Positions 20,153-30,788 of a stretch of 64,000 nt of DNA are shown here, piece after piece; position 1 is the first letter of the stretch; every line of letters starts with the position of its first letter. The notes under the pieces are model-generated. The model was not told the DNA's origin. It did no database searches and saw only the letters and a list, made by a program, of their open reading frames with translations. Source of the DNA: Promethearchaeati archaeon. GTDB lineage: Archaea > Asgardarchaeota > Heimdallarchaeia > Heimdallarchaeales > Heimdallarchaeaceae. The translations under genes were made by a program, and so were the position numbers. Location: assembly GCA_013166775.1 (NCBI GenBank), contig JABLTJ010000007.1, positions 128,001 through 192,000 of the forward strand, read 5' to 3'.

Positions 20153-21226
20153 TTAAGAATTAGACTTTTTTGACTCTGGTTCAGCTACAGGTATTTTAAG
20201 AATCATTCTAGTTCCCACTATATTTCCCATCCTTTTAACATCTTCAATTCTCATTCTTATTTGATATCTTTGTAATAATGATTGAATGACAGCTATATCT
20301 AGTTTTCTTCTATCAAATTCTTTTGCTTGAAGGATTTCTAGCTTTTCTTCTTCTGAAAGAATTACACCCTCAAAGTGTAATTTGATTCTTGATGTCTCAT
20401 AGACAGGAGGATCAACAGTAATCTCAACACTAATTTCGTCTTTAGCATACTCAAGCATTCTGACAATAAGGTTCACAAAAACACGTGAGAGGAATTCATC
20501 ACCAATCACAACAAATTTGACTACTCTTACTAAGTCTATTTTGATAGTAGTAGAGAAGAAATTTTCAAGATATCGAACTGCATGATTTATTACATCCTCA
20601 ATCTTTTGATTATTCAGAGGTTTGTCTTCTTCTATTAATAAACTAATATTTGCATTTTGAATAAGATAGATCGCTTTTACAGTAATATCTCTCATCTTTT
20701 CAAGCATTTGTTGTCCAGTAATCATTTCCATTTTACCTATTTTGTAGAGTCTTTGGAAGAAATCAATATAACCAATCTCAGCGTGTAATTTATTTAACAA
20801 ATCATGTTGGAAAAGTTCAAAAAAGAACTGTCTTTGAAGAGCAGAATCAATCATGGCTTGGATATCTCTGCAGATTAGGACGATATAACTAAATTCCACA
20901 GACTGTATTAAAGTAGAAGACAAATGAAAAATGATTTCTTCCTTTTCTTTAACAATGAAGGTAAACCTCTTTAATTCTGTTCCACTTTTAGATGTATTAT
21001 CCAAGAATTCTTTCAATTGCTGTTTTTCTTTGATGAACTTAGATATGTTTTTTTGTTTAATTTCAGCCAAAGTAATTCCAAAATATCTACAAGCTTGGAT
21101 ATTAACATCAAGAATTTTTCCGTTGGTTTCAACTATCATTATCATATCTAAACTGTTCTGGAAAATTGTGTCAAATGTTTCTTGAAACAGATTAATATCG
21201 TCATTGGATTTCATGATACAACTCAC
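20153..21226 (-). CDS. PAS domain protein with HisKA and degenerate HATPase domain
   Basis: PAS (IFQNSLDMIMIVETNGKILDVN), H-box QHDLLNKL, partial N-box; G-boxes absent. Confidence 0.7.
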   Translation of the reverse strand: MSCIMKSNDDINLFQETFDTIFQNSLDMIMIVETNGKILDVNIQACRYFGITLAEIKQKNISKFIKEKQQLKEFLDNTSKSGTELKRFTFIVKEKEEIIFHLSSTLIQSVEFSYIVLICRDIQAMIDSALQRQFFFELFQHDLLNKLHAEIGYIDFFQRLYKIGKMEMITGQQMLEKMRDITVKAIYLIQNANISLLIEEDKPLNNQKIEDVINHAVRYLENFFSTTIKIDLVRVVKFVVIGDEFLSRVFVNLIVRMLEYAKDEISVEITVDPPVYETSRIKLHFEGVILSEEEKLEILQAKEFDRRKLDIAVIQSLLQRYQIRMRIEDVKRMGNIVGTRMILKIPVAEPESKKSNS

Positions 21227-21290
21227 TTAGAGTAAGTATTATTTTAGTATGCAAGAAAGATAAAAGCATTTCGAAACTACAGAGATTATT

Positions 21291-21860
21291 TTAATACCAA
21301 ACATCTTTCAGTTTCAGAGCTAAAGCTAGAAATCCTGAGAAGAAATGCAGTATAGGAGTTATTATTAACAGTGTGACAACATAAAACCAAAGATTGGTTT
21401 CACCCCAAATGAAAGGTAAAGCAAATAACAGACCAGTTACCATCCAAGATCCTTGATCATAAAGAGGGAGTGCTCCACCTGGTTTGACGTTTATTCTTCT
21501 TTTAATAAAAGAACCCAAGAGATCTGAAAAATGGTCACCTATGCTCATAAAAATACCTACATACCAAGGGTAAAAAAGGAATATATCCCTTTTAACATGA
21601 GCCATATACCATACAACTACACCTGTTATTGTTCCGAAAATGATTCCAAAGATAATTCCTCTCCATGTTTTATGATCTCCAAAAATTCTTTTTCCATCCT
21701 TCATAGTTTTATTAAAATCGACAGGTGTTCCTAGGAAAGGTATTATTTTACTTATGTTTGCGAAAGAATTACATGCATAAACAGGAGCACCAAAAACAAG
21801 AGCATAAAAAACCATTAAAAAGAATGTACCCGCATTCATTGGGAAAGAAAATGCATCCAT
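21291..21860 (-). CDS. carS: CDP-archaeol synthase
   Basis: PVD...DGKRIFGDHKTWRG, DLLGSFIKRR, PLYDQ, LKDVWY. Confidence 0.92.
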   Translation of the reverse strand: MDAFSFPMNAGTFFLMVFYALVFGAPVYACNSFANISKIIPFLGTPVDFNKTMKDGKRIFGDHKTWRGIIFGIIFGTITGVVVWYMAHVKRDIFLFYPWYVGIFMSIGDHFSDLLGSFIKRRINVKPGGALPLYDQGSWMVTGLLFALPFIWGETNLWFYVVTLLIITPILHFFSGFLALALKLKDVWY

Positions 21861-22000
21861 AAATATTGAATTTTTACAACAACATTAAAAGATTTTGCAA
21901 GAGATATGCATCTTTTTACTGATAATCTGCTGTAATTTGGGAAAGATTAATATTAGATTTAAAATCTTCTATTTCTGTAGTGTAAAGCTGGGATTCAACA

Positions 22001-22909
22001 GTGTCATCAAATCCAAGAAGACGAAAAATAGATTATGAATGTAATAAGTGCAAGAATACACGTATTTTATACATTTTACCTTCTTTACACCAAAGTGTAG
22101 ATGAAAAAGGGTATATTGAATATGTAGATGTCCATGCTTGCGAGGATGATAAACTTACAGCTAACATTCTCTATGTCGATCGCTCAATGGTTGTACGATC
22201 TCAAGTTCCAGTTAAGGTAGGAGATGACATTTCTACAGAAGATATTACTACAATGCATATTCCCGTTCCAAAGAAAGTTGATTTTAAAGATGCAATGATT
22301 AATCCAATCAAAGAATTCAGACATAAAAATCTAAAAGCAATAAAAATTGTTGATAGATTGCGACAGACTAATTTTCAGCTCAAAAAGAAAGGAGATGGGA
22401 AGAAAGTTGATGTCAGTTCTGAATTGGAATTCATAGATATAGAAGCTAATGTGGGGAGGAATGTTGAACCTGAGATTGCAGAGGATTGGTTCAAACAGGT
22501 AGCAGCGATTTTGGAAGCGATTGTTCTTCTAGATGAAGAAATGTTATCCTATATTGTTGCTTATTTGGATTCTAAACTTGATTCTATTCCTACTGGTGAA
22601 AGCATTATTGAAATCGATATGATTTTACACGCAAAGAGCTCATTCCCTATTGCTTCTTTGAAATCTTATGCGACCTTTAGAAGACAGTGGTCTATGATCA
22701 GAAGCGATTTCGAAGGAAAAGAATTCCCTATGTATGAAAAACTAATAACCTATTGTATTGGCAATCAGTATAAAACGCTATTAGATATTTACTTCAAAGC
22801 TATGAATGCGATCTCATTCAATGGTTTCATTGACCACATGGAAGATCTTGCAATGTTAGGATTGCTTAACATCCAAAAAACACAATTCTTTACAGTTAAA
22901 GAAGAATGA
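22001..22909 (+). CDS. hypothetical protein with N-terminal CxxC...HxC zinc-binding module
   Basis: ECNKC ... YVDVHAC ... YVDRSMVVRSQ. Confidence 0.6.
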   Translation: MSSNPRRRKIDYECNKCKNTRILYILPSLHQSVDEKGYIEYVDVHACEDDKLTANILYVDRSMVVRSQVPVKVGDDISTEDITTMHIPVPKKVDFKDAMINPIKEFRHKNLKAIKIVDRLRQTNFQLKKKGDGKKVDVSSELEFIDIEANVGRNVEPEIAEDWFKQVAAILEAIVLLDEEMLSYIVAYLDSKLDSIPTGESIIEIDMILHAKSSFPIASLKSYATFRRQWSMIRSDFEGKEFPMYEKLITYCIGNQYKTLLDIYFKAMNAISFNGFIDHMEDLAMLGLLNIQKTQFFTVKEE

Positions 22910-22946
22910 GATTTTAGTGGAAAAAAATTTGTGGGGAGATTCGTTC

Positions 22947-23297
22947 TTATTCTAAAGATATCTTTGGTTCAAATGATTTATACAAACTAAAAGGAAGTCC
23001 CATGAATATAAGTTTTTTAGACATTTCCCCCCAGTCAATGCTTCCTGTATCAATTATACTTACAGTAGTTTTTTGAGTAGCAAAAGGTATCGATGATGAT
23101 ACATAACAGCAGCTTAAAGCAGTACCAAATTTCCTTAGAAAACTATCAAAAAACTTTACAACACGATACTTCGTCATGAGTCTTGTAATGAATTTAACCA
23201 TTGGTTTGTTGCTTATTAGTCTTGATGCGAATAACCAATTTATGAATCTTGTACTTCTTAGTTGGCGTTTTATTTTTTGCTTCTCTTTTTTAGTCAA
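22947..23297 (-). CDS. hypothetical basic protein
   Basis: ORF only; frame stays open upstream to ~23380 without a canonical start. Confidence 0.4.
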   Translation of the reverse strand: MTKKEKQKIKRQLRSTRFINWLFASRLISNKPMVKFITRLMTKYRVVKFFDSFLRKFGTALSCCYVSSSIPFATQKTTVSIIDTGSIDWGEMSKKLIFMGLPFSLYKSFEPKISLE

Positions 23298-23675
23298 AGC
23301 ATCTTCAGGTGTGAATAGATAAACTGCAGAAAATTCAGGTTGTTTGATGTAATTTTTGTCGAAATTTTCTATCCCTATTAGTCATCGCAAAATGATTTTA
23401 CACCAGGATTCTTAATAGTATCGAAATTTTCGGGTAATTCATCTTCTTTCAAGAATTTTACTCCCACAATTCTTTCAAATTCTAAACTTTGTTTTGTGAA
23501 CTCATAAATCAAACACCATAATTACAGTAAATTAAGCAAAAAAATGGTTTTTTTGTAAGAATTTAAAGGTATCGTAAAATTTAGAAACTTAACCAAATAC
23601 TTAACATTCTCAATTTTGATAAAAATTCAGTTATTCTTCAGTAAATCTAATAAGGAGTAAATCTGGTAACATTTA

Positions 23676-24839
23676 ATGACTTATCTAGCAGATAGATTGG
23701 AGCATTTTCAAGAATCAGTAATCAGAGAAATGACAAGAAAAGCAATGGAAAATGATGCGATAAATCTTTCACAAGGTATGCCAGATTTTTCTCCTCCAGA
23801 TGAACTAACTCAGAGAATTACAGAAGCTCTAAAGGAAGAAGAACATCAATACACTGTGACATATGGCAATTTTGAATTAAGAGAAAAAATATCTGAAAAG
23901 CTTGCTTCTTTTAATCGTATCACTGCAGATCCAGAAAATGAAATAACTGTAACATGTGGTGCAAGTGAAGCAATTGCAAGCAGTATTCTTGCTTTAACAA
24001 ATCCAAGTGATGAAGTCTTAATACTTGAACCTTGGTATGAGAACTATGTACCTATCACTCTGTTATCACAAGGAAAACCAATTTTTGTTAGTTTACTATC
24101 AGACAATTTTAGCTTGAATGAGGAAGCTATCAAAGAGGAAATTACAGATAAAACAAAAATGATCATTATCAATACACCACATAATCCAACAGGTAAAGTA
24201 TTTTCATCTACAGAGCTCAACCTAATTTCAGATATCTGTCAGGATCAAGACTTGATTGCACTTACAGATGAAATTTATGAATACATAATATATGATGATG
24301 AGAAACACATCAGTCTTGGAAGTATCAGTGGAATGGAAGATAGAACAATCACAGTTTCGGGATTCAGCAAAACATTCTCAATTACAGGATGGAGATTAGG
24401 ATATGTTGCAGCTGAAAAGGAATTAATGGCTGGTGTTCGCAAAGTGCACGACTATCTTACAGTATGTGCTCCATCAATTCTCCAGAAGGCTGTAATGGAA
24501 TCTTTCAAACTCCAACAGACATATTTTGATAATTTGAAGGAAAGGTACAATACAAATAGAAATTTTCTTCTTAAAGAGCTGAAAGAACTTGGTTTCAATT
24601 CATTTAAACCTTCAGGGGCTTACTACCTTTTTGTAGATATTTCTTCCTTTGGTTTGAAAGATAAAGAGTTTGCAGATTTTCTTGTAAATAACAAAGGAGT
24701 AGCTATTGTTCCAGGTACCAGTTTTTATCAAAGAAGAGAAAATCAACCTAATCAAGGAGAGATATACGTAAGATTTTCTTATTCACAAAAGCTAGATACT
24801 TTAAGGGAAGCTATTAAGAGAATTAAAGATAGATTATAA
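23676..24839 (+). CDS. PLP-dependent aminotransferase class I/II
   Basis: INLSQGMPD, NTPHNPTG, DEIY, SKTFSITGWRLG. Confidence 0.93.
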   Translation: MTYLADRLEHFQESVIREMTRKAMENDAINLSQGMPDFSPPDELTQRITEALKEEEHQYTVTYGNFELREKISEKLASFNRITADPENEITVTCGASEAIASSILALTNPSDEVLILEPWYENYVPITLLSQGKPIFVSLLSDNFSLNEEAIKEEITDKTKMIIINTPHNPTGKVFSSTELNLISDICQDQDLIALTDEIYEYIIYDDEKHISLGSISGMEDRTITVSGFSKTFSITGWRLGYVAAEKELMAGVRKVHDYLTVCAPSILQKAVMESFKLQQTYFDNLKERYNTNRNFLLKELKELGFNSFKPSGAYYLFVDISSFGLKDKEFADFLVNNKGVAIVPGTSFYQRRENQPNQGEIYVRFSYSQKLDTLREAIKRIKDRL

Positions 24840-24902
24840 GAGATATAAAAAGGGAATCTTTTAATAAAAGCAAAAATTATTACATTGTTTGAGAGTATTT
24901 GA

Positions 24903-25943
24903 ATGAAAAAAAGAGTAGGATTTCCTAATGCTCTATTATTTTACAAATTCTCTATTCTGTGGACTACTTTTTTTCAAGAACTGGGTGCAGAGATAGTTAT
25001 TTCTCCAAAGACAAACAAAATAATCAAAGATTTAGGAGTTAAATTCGCTCCTGATGAGGATTGCTACTCAACTAAACTATATTTTGGGCACACTTTATAT
25101 TTGAAAGACAAAGTAGATTTTCTATTCATTCCACGAATAGGAAGTGATCATGAGGTTAATGTAGGATGTCCTAAATTCATTGCATTAGCTGAAGTACTTA
25201 AATCGATGTTCCCCGATCTTCCAAAAATAATTATGCCATTTTTCTCAATGGCTAAAAAAAACCATGGAAGATTCAAAATCCTTAGAATTATTTTTTCAAT
25301 AGGATTTAGATTCACTCTTAATCCTTTTAGAATTTTAATCGCAGGAAAAAGAGCTTTTGATGCTCAATCTAAATACGATGAGGAGCTGAAATTTTCTGAA
25401 GAAGAATTACATAAGTGGGAAAATTCAAAAATTTTTCTGCAAAATTTATCAATTCAAGAACAAAGAAAAACACCTTTGAGAATAGCTCTAGTAGGACATC
25501 CATATGTAATCAATGACGATTTTTCATCAGTAAATATCAAAAACTTGCTTCTATCTAGAGGTATAGATATAATAACTCCAGATCAAATGCCCAAAGCTCT
25601 AATCGAAAATCAAATGGAAAAATTGGACTATAATATGTATTTCAATTATGCAAGAGAAATTCTTGGAACTACAATGCATTTTATCGAAAATAATTCTATA
25701 GATGGTATTCTTCAGCTTATTATTTTCAGTTGTGGTCCTGATTCCCTAATTGGGGAAATGTCTGCGCGATATTCCTCAAGAAAACCTGGAACACCTTTAT
25801 TGCAATTAGTTTTAGATGAATTATCATCAGAGACAGGAGTTTTAACTAGAATTGAAGCATTTCTTGATATGATAGAAAGAAAAAATGAATTTAGGAGGAA
25901 TGAGGAAAATTGCCATTTACATTCCCTCATTTTGGATCATTAA
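24903..25943 (+). CDS. acyl-CoA dehydratase activase-related protein (DUF2229-like)
   Basis: VGFPNALL, CYSTKLYFGH, CPKF, GHPY, FSCGPDS, TRIEAFLD. Confidence 0.75.
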   Translation: MKKRVGFPNALLFYKFSILWTTFFQELGAEIVISPKTNKIIKDLGVKFAPDEDCYSTKLYFGHTLYLKDKVDFLFIPRIGSDHEVNVGCPKFIALAEVLKSMFPDLPKIIMPFFSMAKKNHGRFKILRIIFSIGFRFTLNPFRILIAGKRAFDAQSKYDEELKFSEEELHKWENSKIFLQNLSIQEQRKTPLRIALVGHPYVINDDFSSVNIKNLLLSRGIDIITPDQMPKALIENQMEKLDYNMYFNYAREILGTTMHFIENNSIDGILQLIIFSCGPDSLIGEMSARYSSRKPGTPLLQLVLDELSSETGVLTRIEAFLDMIERKNEFRRNEENCHLHSLILDH

Positions 25944-26986
25944 CTCACGTCTTTGAGGTTGTTATGAGAGAGGTTGGAAAAAATGACCTCCTCTTACCTA
26001 AGAAACCTAATAGAAGAACAGCTGAATTAGGAGCAAGATATTCTCCTGAATTTATATGTACTCCTTTTAAATTAACACTTGGTACATATATAGAAATGCT
26101 AGAAGAAGGTGCAGATGAATTAGGTAGTGGAAGCTGTCATTCTTGGTGTAGATTTGGTTATTATTGGCCTGTTCAGAAACTTATCCTTGAAGATCTTGGA
26201 TATGATTTCAAATTCATTTGTTTAGATTATCTAAGACCATATATTCTTCTCAGAACTTTGCAAAAAGAAATAGGAAATGGATGTAGTTTACAACGAGCTA
26301 TAAGAGCAGTTAGAATTGGCTGGATAAAAAATAGACTTACAGATCTGGTTGACGATTTGCTCTATAAATATAGAGTAATAGAGACTGAAAAAGGATTATC
26401 AGAAAAAATGGCTGAGACAGCTTTTAAAATTATTGTTGAAACAAAAAGATTACGAGATATAAAAAAACTAAGAAAGCAATTACCAGAATTTTTCAAGAAA
26501 AACATCGATGTTCAGAAGAGGGATAATCTGATAAAGGTAGGTATTTGTGGAGAGCTGTATGTAGTTTACGAAGCAGCTTTAAACTTAGATATTCATAAGA
26601 AATTGAATGAATTGGGGATAGTGGTTAAGAACACAGTCTCTTTACGTAGTTACTTAGATATGGGTCTTAAACTGAATCCATTTGTAAAATCACCTTATAA
26701 AACAGCAATCAAAGCTGCTAAGCCATATATTGAAAACAAGTGTGGAGGAGAAACATTGGAAAATGTTGGAGACATTGTTCTTTGTAAAAAACATGGTAGA
26801 GATGGAATGGTACATTTGTATCCATTTACGTGTATGCCTGAAATAATAACAAGAAGTTTTATACCGCAGATTAGTCAAGAATATAATTTACCCGTTCTAT
26901 CTCTTGTTCTGGATGAGCATACAGGGGAAGCTGGATTTTCTACCCGAATTGAAGCTTTTGCAGATATGCTAATAAGAAGAAAATGA
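25910..26986 (+). CDS. 2-hydroxyacyl-CoA dehydratase/CoA-activase-related protein
   Basis: SPEFICTPFK, CRFGYY, GELY, PFTCMPE, DEHTGEAG..TRIEAF. Confidence 0.75.
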   Translation: MPFTFPHFGSLTHVFEVVMREVGKNDLLLPKKPNRRTAELGARYSPEFICTPFKLTLGTYIEMLEEGADELGSGSCHSWCRFGYYWPVQKLILEDLGYDFKFICLDYLRPYILLRTLQKEIGNGCSLQRAIRAVRIGWIKNRLTDLVDDLLYKYRVIETEKGLSEKMAETAFKIIVETKRLRDIKKLRKQLPEFFKKNIDVQKRDNLIKVGICGELYVVYEAALNLDIHKKLNELGIVVKNTVSLRSYLDMGLKLNPFVKSPYKTAIKAAKPYIENKCGGETLENVGDIVLCKKHGRDGMVHLYPFTCMPEIITRSFIPQISQEYNLPVLSLVLDEHTGEAGFSTRIEAFADMLIRRK

Positions 26987-27011
26987 AAATAAAAAATGAA
27001 AAGAGGTAATA

Positions 27012-28388
27012 TTATCTCTTCTTTCTATAAATTGGTATAGCTATAAGTAAAGCAATGAATGCTATGAAAGCTCTGTATCCTGGTAAAGACCATGTAGGAT
27101 CATCTGAATTTTCAGTATTTTCTGTGAAATCAGTATTTATTTCACCATACTCATTAACGCTTGATTCATCTTCGTTTAGTGTTAATTGGAATTCTCCAAA
27201 ATTAGGTATTTCGTAATCGACTGTTAGAGCAATACCACTGACTATGTTTATTGCTATATCTACATCCATAATCACATAATTTTCATGCTCATCTCGCCAT
27301 TCACTGTATTCGATGTGCATATGTAAATTCATGTAATCTCCGCTGTAACTAATAGTTACATCACTTATACCTTCATCCATTACATCTCTAACATAATGAA
27401 TAGCCTCTGTAGTAAAGTAAGTTCCATTGTAAGCTGTAATTCCAAGTGGATTAACCATTGATTGGAATATTATCATTCCACCTCTGTTGAAATCTTCCCA
27501 AGGTTGAAGTTCGTTTTTGAAGTACATTTCCCAGAATGTAAGTTCAGGACCATAATAATCTGGTGGATTTGTTGGAAGGTCTGCTACGAATTTTAGTTTG
27601 AAAATATCTCCAAGAGATGCATTATGCCCACCAATTTCCATATAATTTGCAGGATCATAAAGATTGAACATTGTAAATTCCCAAGAGAGAATTATTCCTG
27701 AAACCAAACTAGAATACCAATCAAATGTATTTACTATAGTTACGCCATAATCATCGATAGATGATTCCCAAATATTCAGTTCTGCTGTAAAGTATTTTAG
27801 ATTATCAAGAATGTAGATTTCTTTGACGATTCCTGTGTCATTGTTAACTGTTATTGTAACTTCATCAAGGTAGCTAGAGTAAATTGAAGTTTTAATATAA
27901 TCTCCTTGGTCGATTGTAACTGCTGAAGTAATATTCACATCCTCTGAAGCTCTGTAGTCTAAGAATTCTTCAATTGTATATGGAAGACTATCAATTCTAA
28001 ATACTTCTGGTAAAATTAGGAATTGTAAAGCAAAATTAGGTTCTTCATGAGTTATATTCTTAAAAGGTACCTCGTCATAATCTACAAACAATTGAAGGAA
28101 ATTTGGAGGACCTCCTGCATTATAAACAGAGTCATAATCTGTTGGTATTGTATCATTTATTCTATATGAGACAGTGCTGCCTTCTCTTAATTCATGACCA
28201 CCCAGCGTAAAGTTATCTACTGATGGATTTACTAGATACATATCTGTAATTCTCCAAGAGATTTGAGTATCTATTGTTAAGCTTGAGTGCCACTGAAGTG
28301 TTAGAACTACTCCAGAAACAGATGTTAGTGAACTAGAAACCAACAGAGTTGATACTATAAGTATACTGTATAAAACTTTCTTTTTCAT
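27012..28388 (-). CDS. secreted/surface protein with internal duplication and C-terminal sorting signal
   Basis: Signal peptide MKKKVLY...; two similar ~190-aa units; ends LPGY-TM-RKKR. Confidence 0.75.
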   Translation of the reverse strand: MKKKVLYSILIVSTLLVSSSLTSVSGVVLTLQWHSSLTIDTQISWRITDMYLVNPSVDNFTLGGHELREGSTVSYRINDTIPTDYDSVYNAGGPPNFLQLFVDYDEVPFKNITHEEPNFALQFLILPEVFRIDSLPYTIEEFLDYRASEDVNITSAVTIDQGDYIKTSIYSSYLDEVTITVNNDTGIVKEIYILDNLKYFTAELNIWESSIDDYGVTIVNTFDWYSSLVSGIILSWEFTMFNLYDPANYMEIGGHNASLGDIFKLKFVADLPTNPPDYYGPELTFWEMYFKNELQPWEDFNRGGMIIFQSMVNPLGITAYNGTYFTTEAIHYVRDVMDEGISDVTISYSGDYMNLHMHIEYSEWRDEHENYVIMDVDIAINIVSGIALTVDYEIPNFGEFQLTLNEDESSVNEYGEINTDFTENTENSDDPTWSLPGYRAFIAFIALLIAIPIYRKKR

Positions 28389-28476
28389 AATTTTGAACCC
28401 CCTAAGGTTAAAGACAAATATGCGATTTTTATATAATAAATCTGTTGCTAAATGCAAGAACCATATCTGGTGAGAT

Positions 28477-29499
28477 TTAAGGGTTGTTTTTTGAATATTT
28501 ATCTTCCAAATCCTTAAAAATTTTCAAACTTTTCTCAGAGAAAATAGGCTTAACTTCCTTATCTCTTCTAGCTGCTTCGTTGTATAACTCAAAGAAAGAA
28601 AACGGATTTCCAACTTCTCTTATCAGTTTATCAACCAAAGCGTTTTTTATTATTAATCTAGTCAAATAATATCCTAATGGATGCCCAGATAATGGAACAA
28701 TTCTCTTTAGATCCTTACTTATATTCCGTTTTTCTTTAGCTTCATCTAATAATTCTTGGAGTTTATTATCTAATTTTCTTATTATATCTGGAGATTCTTT
28801 CATGGATTTCTTATAACGTTCAATATATTCTTCAGGAAAAGGTGTTTTGATATTTCCATAAATAAAATATTCCTTATCTATATGATCTGCTATTCCCTCT
28901 GAATGTATTTGATCAATGAGTTGAACTATATTTCTTTCTTCTTCTTCAACTTCTTCCTTATTATAGCAAAGAATTTGATTTCTAAGATGATGAAATAATT
29001 CATGGGATACAATGGAAACAAAAGATTCCATGCTTTCTGTGAAACTTGCATCAACGATTATGTTATCATAACCTCTTGCATCAGTATCAAAGATTACAAT
29101 AGAAATTACAGGTTCAATCTCAAATTCATAATCAGGTAGAAATGATGTCGCTCTGCTCTCAATTGTTCCAGCTAATTTTTTCCAATTTTCTTTAATCTTA
29201 GCTATATTTTCTTCATATTCTTTTCGTCGTTTTTTTACTGTTTGATAATACCGAAGATACCTTCCAATTGAAGATTCAAGTTCACTTTCAAGTCTATCCT
29301 TTAAAGAAGGATCAAAACTCAGTGTAAAAGCTTTAACAAAGAATTCTTTGCTATATTCCTTTGAAACCAAAGATTTGTAACCTTTTGTCCCAAAGAGCTT
29401 ATTCCATTCTTTTTCTGATACACTTTTGCCTTCCTCGAGCTTCTCCATTATTTCCATGAAACATTCATAACCAGATGTATCCAATATTAGTGAAAGCAT
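28477..29499 (-). CDS. putative Zn-dependent protease (DUF5700-like)
   Basis: HELFH...EGIAD zincin motif, GHPLGY. Confidence 0.7.
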   Translation of the reverse strand: MLSLILDTSGYECFMEIMEKLEEGKSVSEKEWNKLFGTKGYKSLVSKEYSKEFFVKAFTLSFDPSLKDRLESELESSIGRYLRYYQTVKKRRKEYEENIAKIKENWKKLAGTIESRATSFLPDYEFEIEPVISIVIFDTDARGYDNIIVDASFTESMESFVSIVSHELFHHLRNQILCYNKEEVEEEERNIVQLIDQIHSEGIADHIDKEYFIYGNIKTPFPEEYIERYKKSMKESPDIIRKLDNKLQELLDEAKEKRNISKDLKRIVPLSGHPLGYYLTRLIIKNALVDKLIREVGNPFSFFELYNEAARRDKEVKPIFSEKSLKIFKDLEDKYSKNNP

Positions 29500-29538
29500 A
29501 GTAATCTCCTATTAGTATATCAATAGAACAAAAGAATA

Positions 29539-30639
29539 TTAATCTATCTTAATTTCCTTCGAAAACTGCTGAAATATGATTTCATACATCAATGTTGTAT
29601 ATTTTAGTAATTGACTGAAATGATAGATATTACTCTCAAAAAAGTTTTTGTATTTTTTCTTTTCATGTTTCTCTAAGGAAAGCTCTTCTAATTCAGATAG
29701 GAATTTAATCTTTAGAATATCTATAAGTTGGGAGAAGAAATGCTTAATTGTCTGAAATTTTAGAAAACCATAATTTTCTATTTTGATAAAAGGTTTATAG
29801 TATTTCTTTCTATCCTTAGCTCTCTTTATGATTTGAACTCTATTCAGTTTTACAAGAATAGATAGAACCTCAGAAACAGTTGACCTACTATAGCCTGTTA
29901 GTTCTATAATATGATCTTGAGTAGTAGGCAAATATTCCAAATAGAGTGATAAGAACACACTTATCAGATCTTTCCGTCCAGCATATGAACTAGTGAGATC
30001 TTGCATTGTAGTAAGAAATTCTTTCTTAATTTCCATGAATTTTGCATCAGAATATTTAGTTTTCGTACGTGTTCGACTTACAGAATCTTTTAATCTATTT
30101 CTATAACGATCAATGAAAACCTCAGATTTAAGATCATTGGAATTAAAATAATCTGCTAATTCATTCTTTGAATGTTCTATGAAAGTTTTGTAGTACTCTT
30201 GAGATAATAGCAAATATTCAAAGTAGTGTTTCACATGTACAATAGAAGCATTAGAAGGATCGAAAGCAACAAGTTTGTCAACTAAAATTTGCAGAAAATC
30301 AAAGTTAAAATTAGATATCTCAAAACTTGCTGTAAAGAATTTTTGAATATATTGCTCAAAACTTAGTGGACACTTATAGTATTTTTTTGAATTTGATGGC
30401 ATCTTTGTCTGTAAAACAGGATATTGGCTTTGTAAACCCATTAATTCATTTAGAGCTATTGAAACCTTGGATCTACTAAAACCGGTAATTTTCATGATTT
30501 GTTCTTGAGTTAGAGAATCTTGTTCCATTAGCAGAGTGAAAAGAACTCCCGTTTTATTAGGATCAAAACCTACTGTACTATAACTTTGAGTAACAAAATT
30601 TATGTAGTCTAATTTTAGTTGTTCCAAAGTCATAAACAT
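29539..30639 (-). CDS. tandem-duplicated GbsR/MarR-type winged-helix regulator
   Basis: Two units: TQEQIMKITGFSRSKVS...KKYY and TQDHIIELTGYSRSTVS...KKYY. Confidence 0.8.
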   Translation of the reverse strand: MFMTLEQLKLDYINFVTQSYSTVGFDPNKTGVLFTLLMEQDSLTQEQIMKITGFSRSKVSIALNELMGLQSQYPVLQTKMPSNSKKYYKCPLSFEQYIQKFFTASFEISNFNFDFLQILVDKLVAFDPSNASIVHVKHYFEYLLLSQEYYKTFIEHSKNELADYFNSNDLKSEVFIDRYRNRLKDSVSRTRTKTKYSDAKFMEIKKEFLTTMQDLTSSYAGRKDLISVFLSLYLEYLPTTQDHIIELTGYSRSTVSEVLSILVKLNRVQIIKRAKDRKKYYKPFIKIENYGFLKFQTIKHFFSQLIDILKIKFLSELEELSLEKHEKKKYKNFFESNIYHFSQLLKYTTLMYEIIFQQFSKEIKID

Positions 30640-30700
30640 TCATCCATTTGCAATTCTTGTTAATTTTGTACTAATATAGCATGCACAATATCCAATATAA

Positions 30701-30736
30701 ATTTTTTGATTTTTCTGTATTTTTTGAATTTTCGGT
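30701..30736. promoter_or_regulatory. 18-bp tandem direct repeat, candidate operator
   Basis: ATTTTTTGATTTTTCTGT / ATTTTTTGAATTTTCGGT (16/18) just upstream of TTTATAAA in a divergent promoter. Confidence 0.35.
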
Positions 30737-30788
30737 TAATTTGAAAATATTTATAAATGTCTATTAAATTATCATCATACGAATACAA

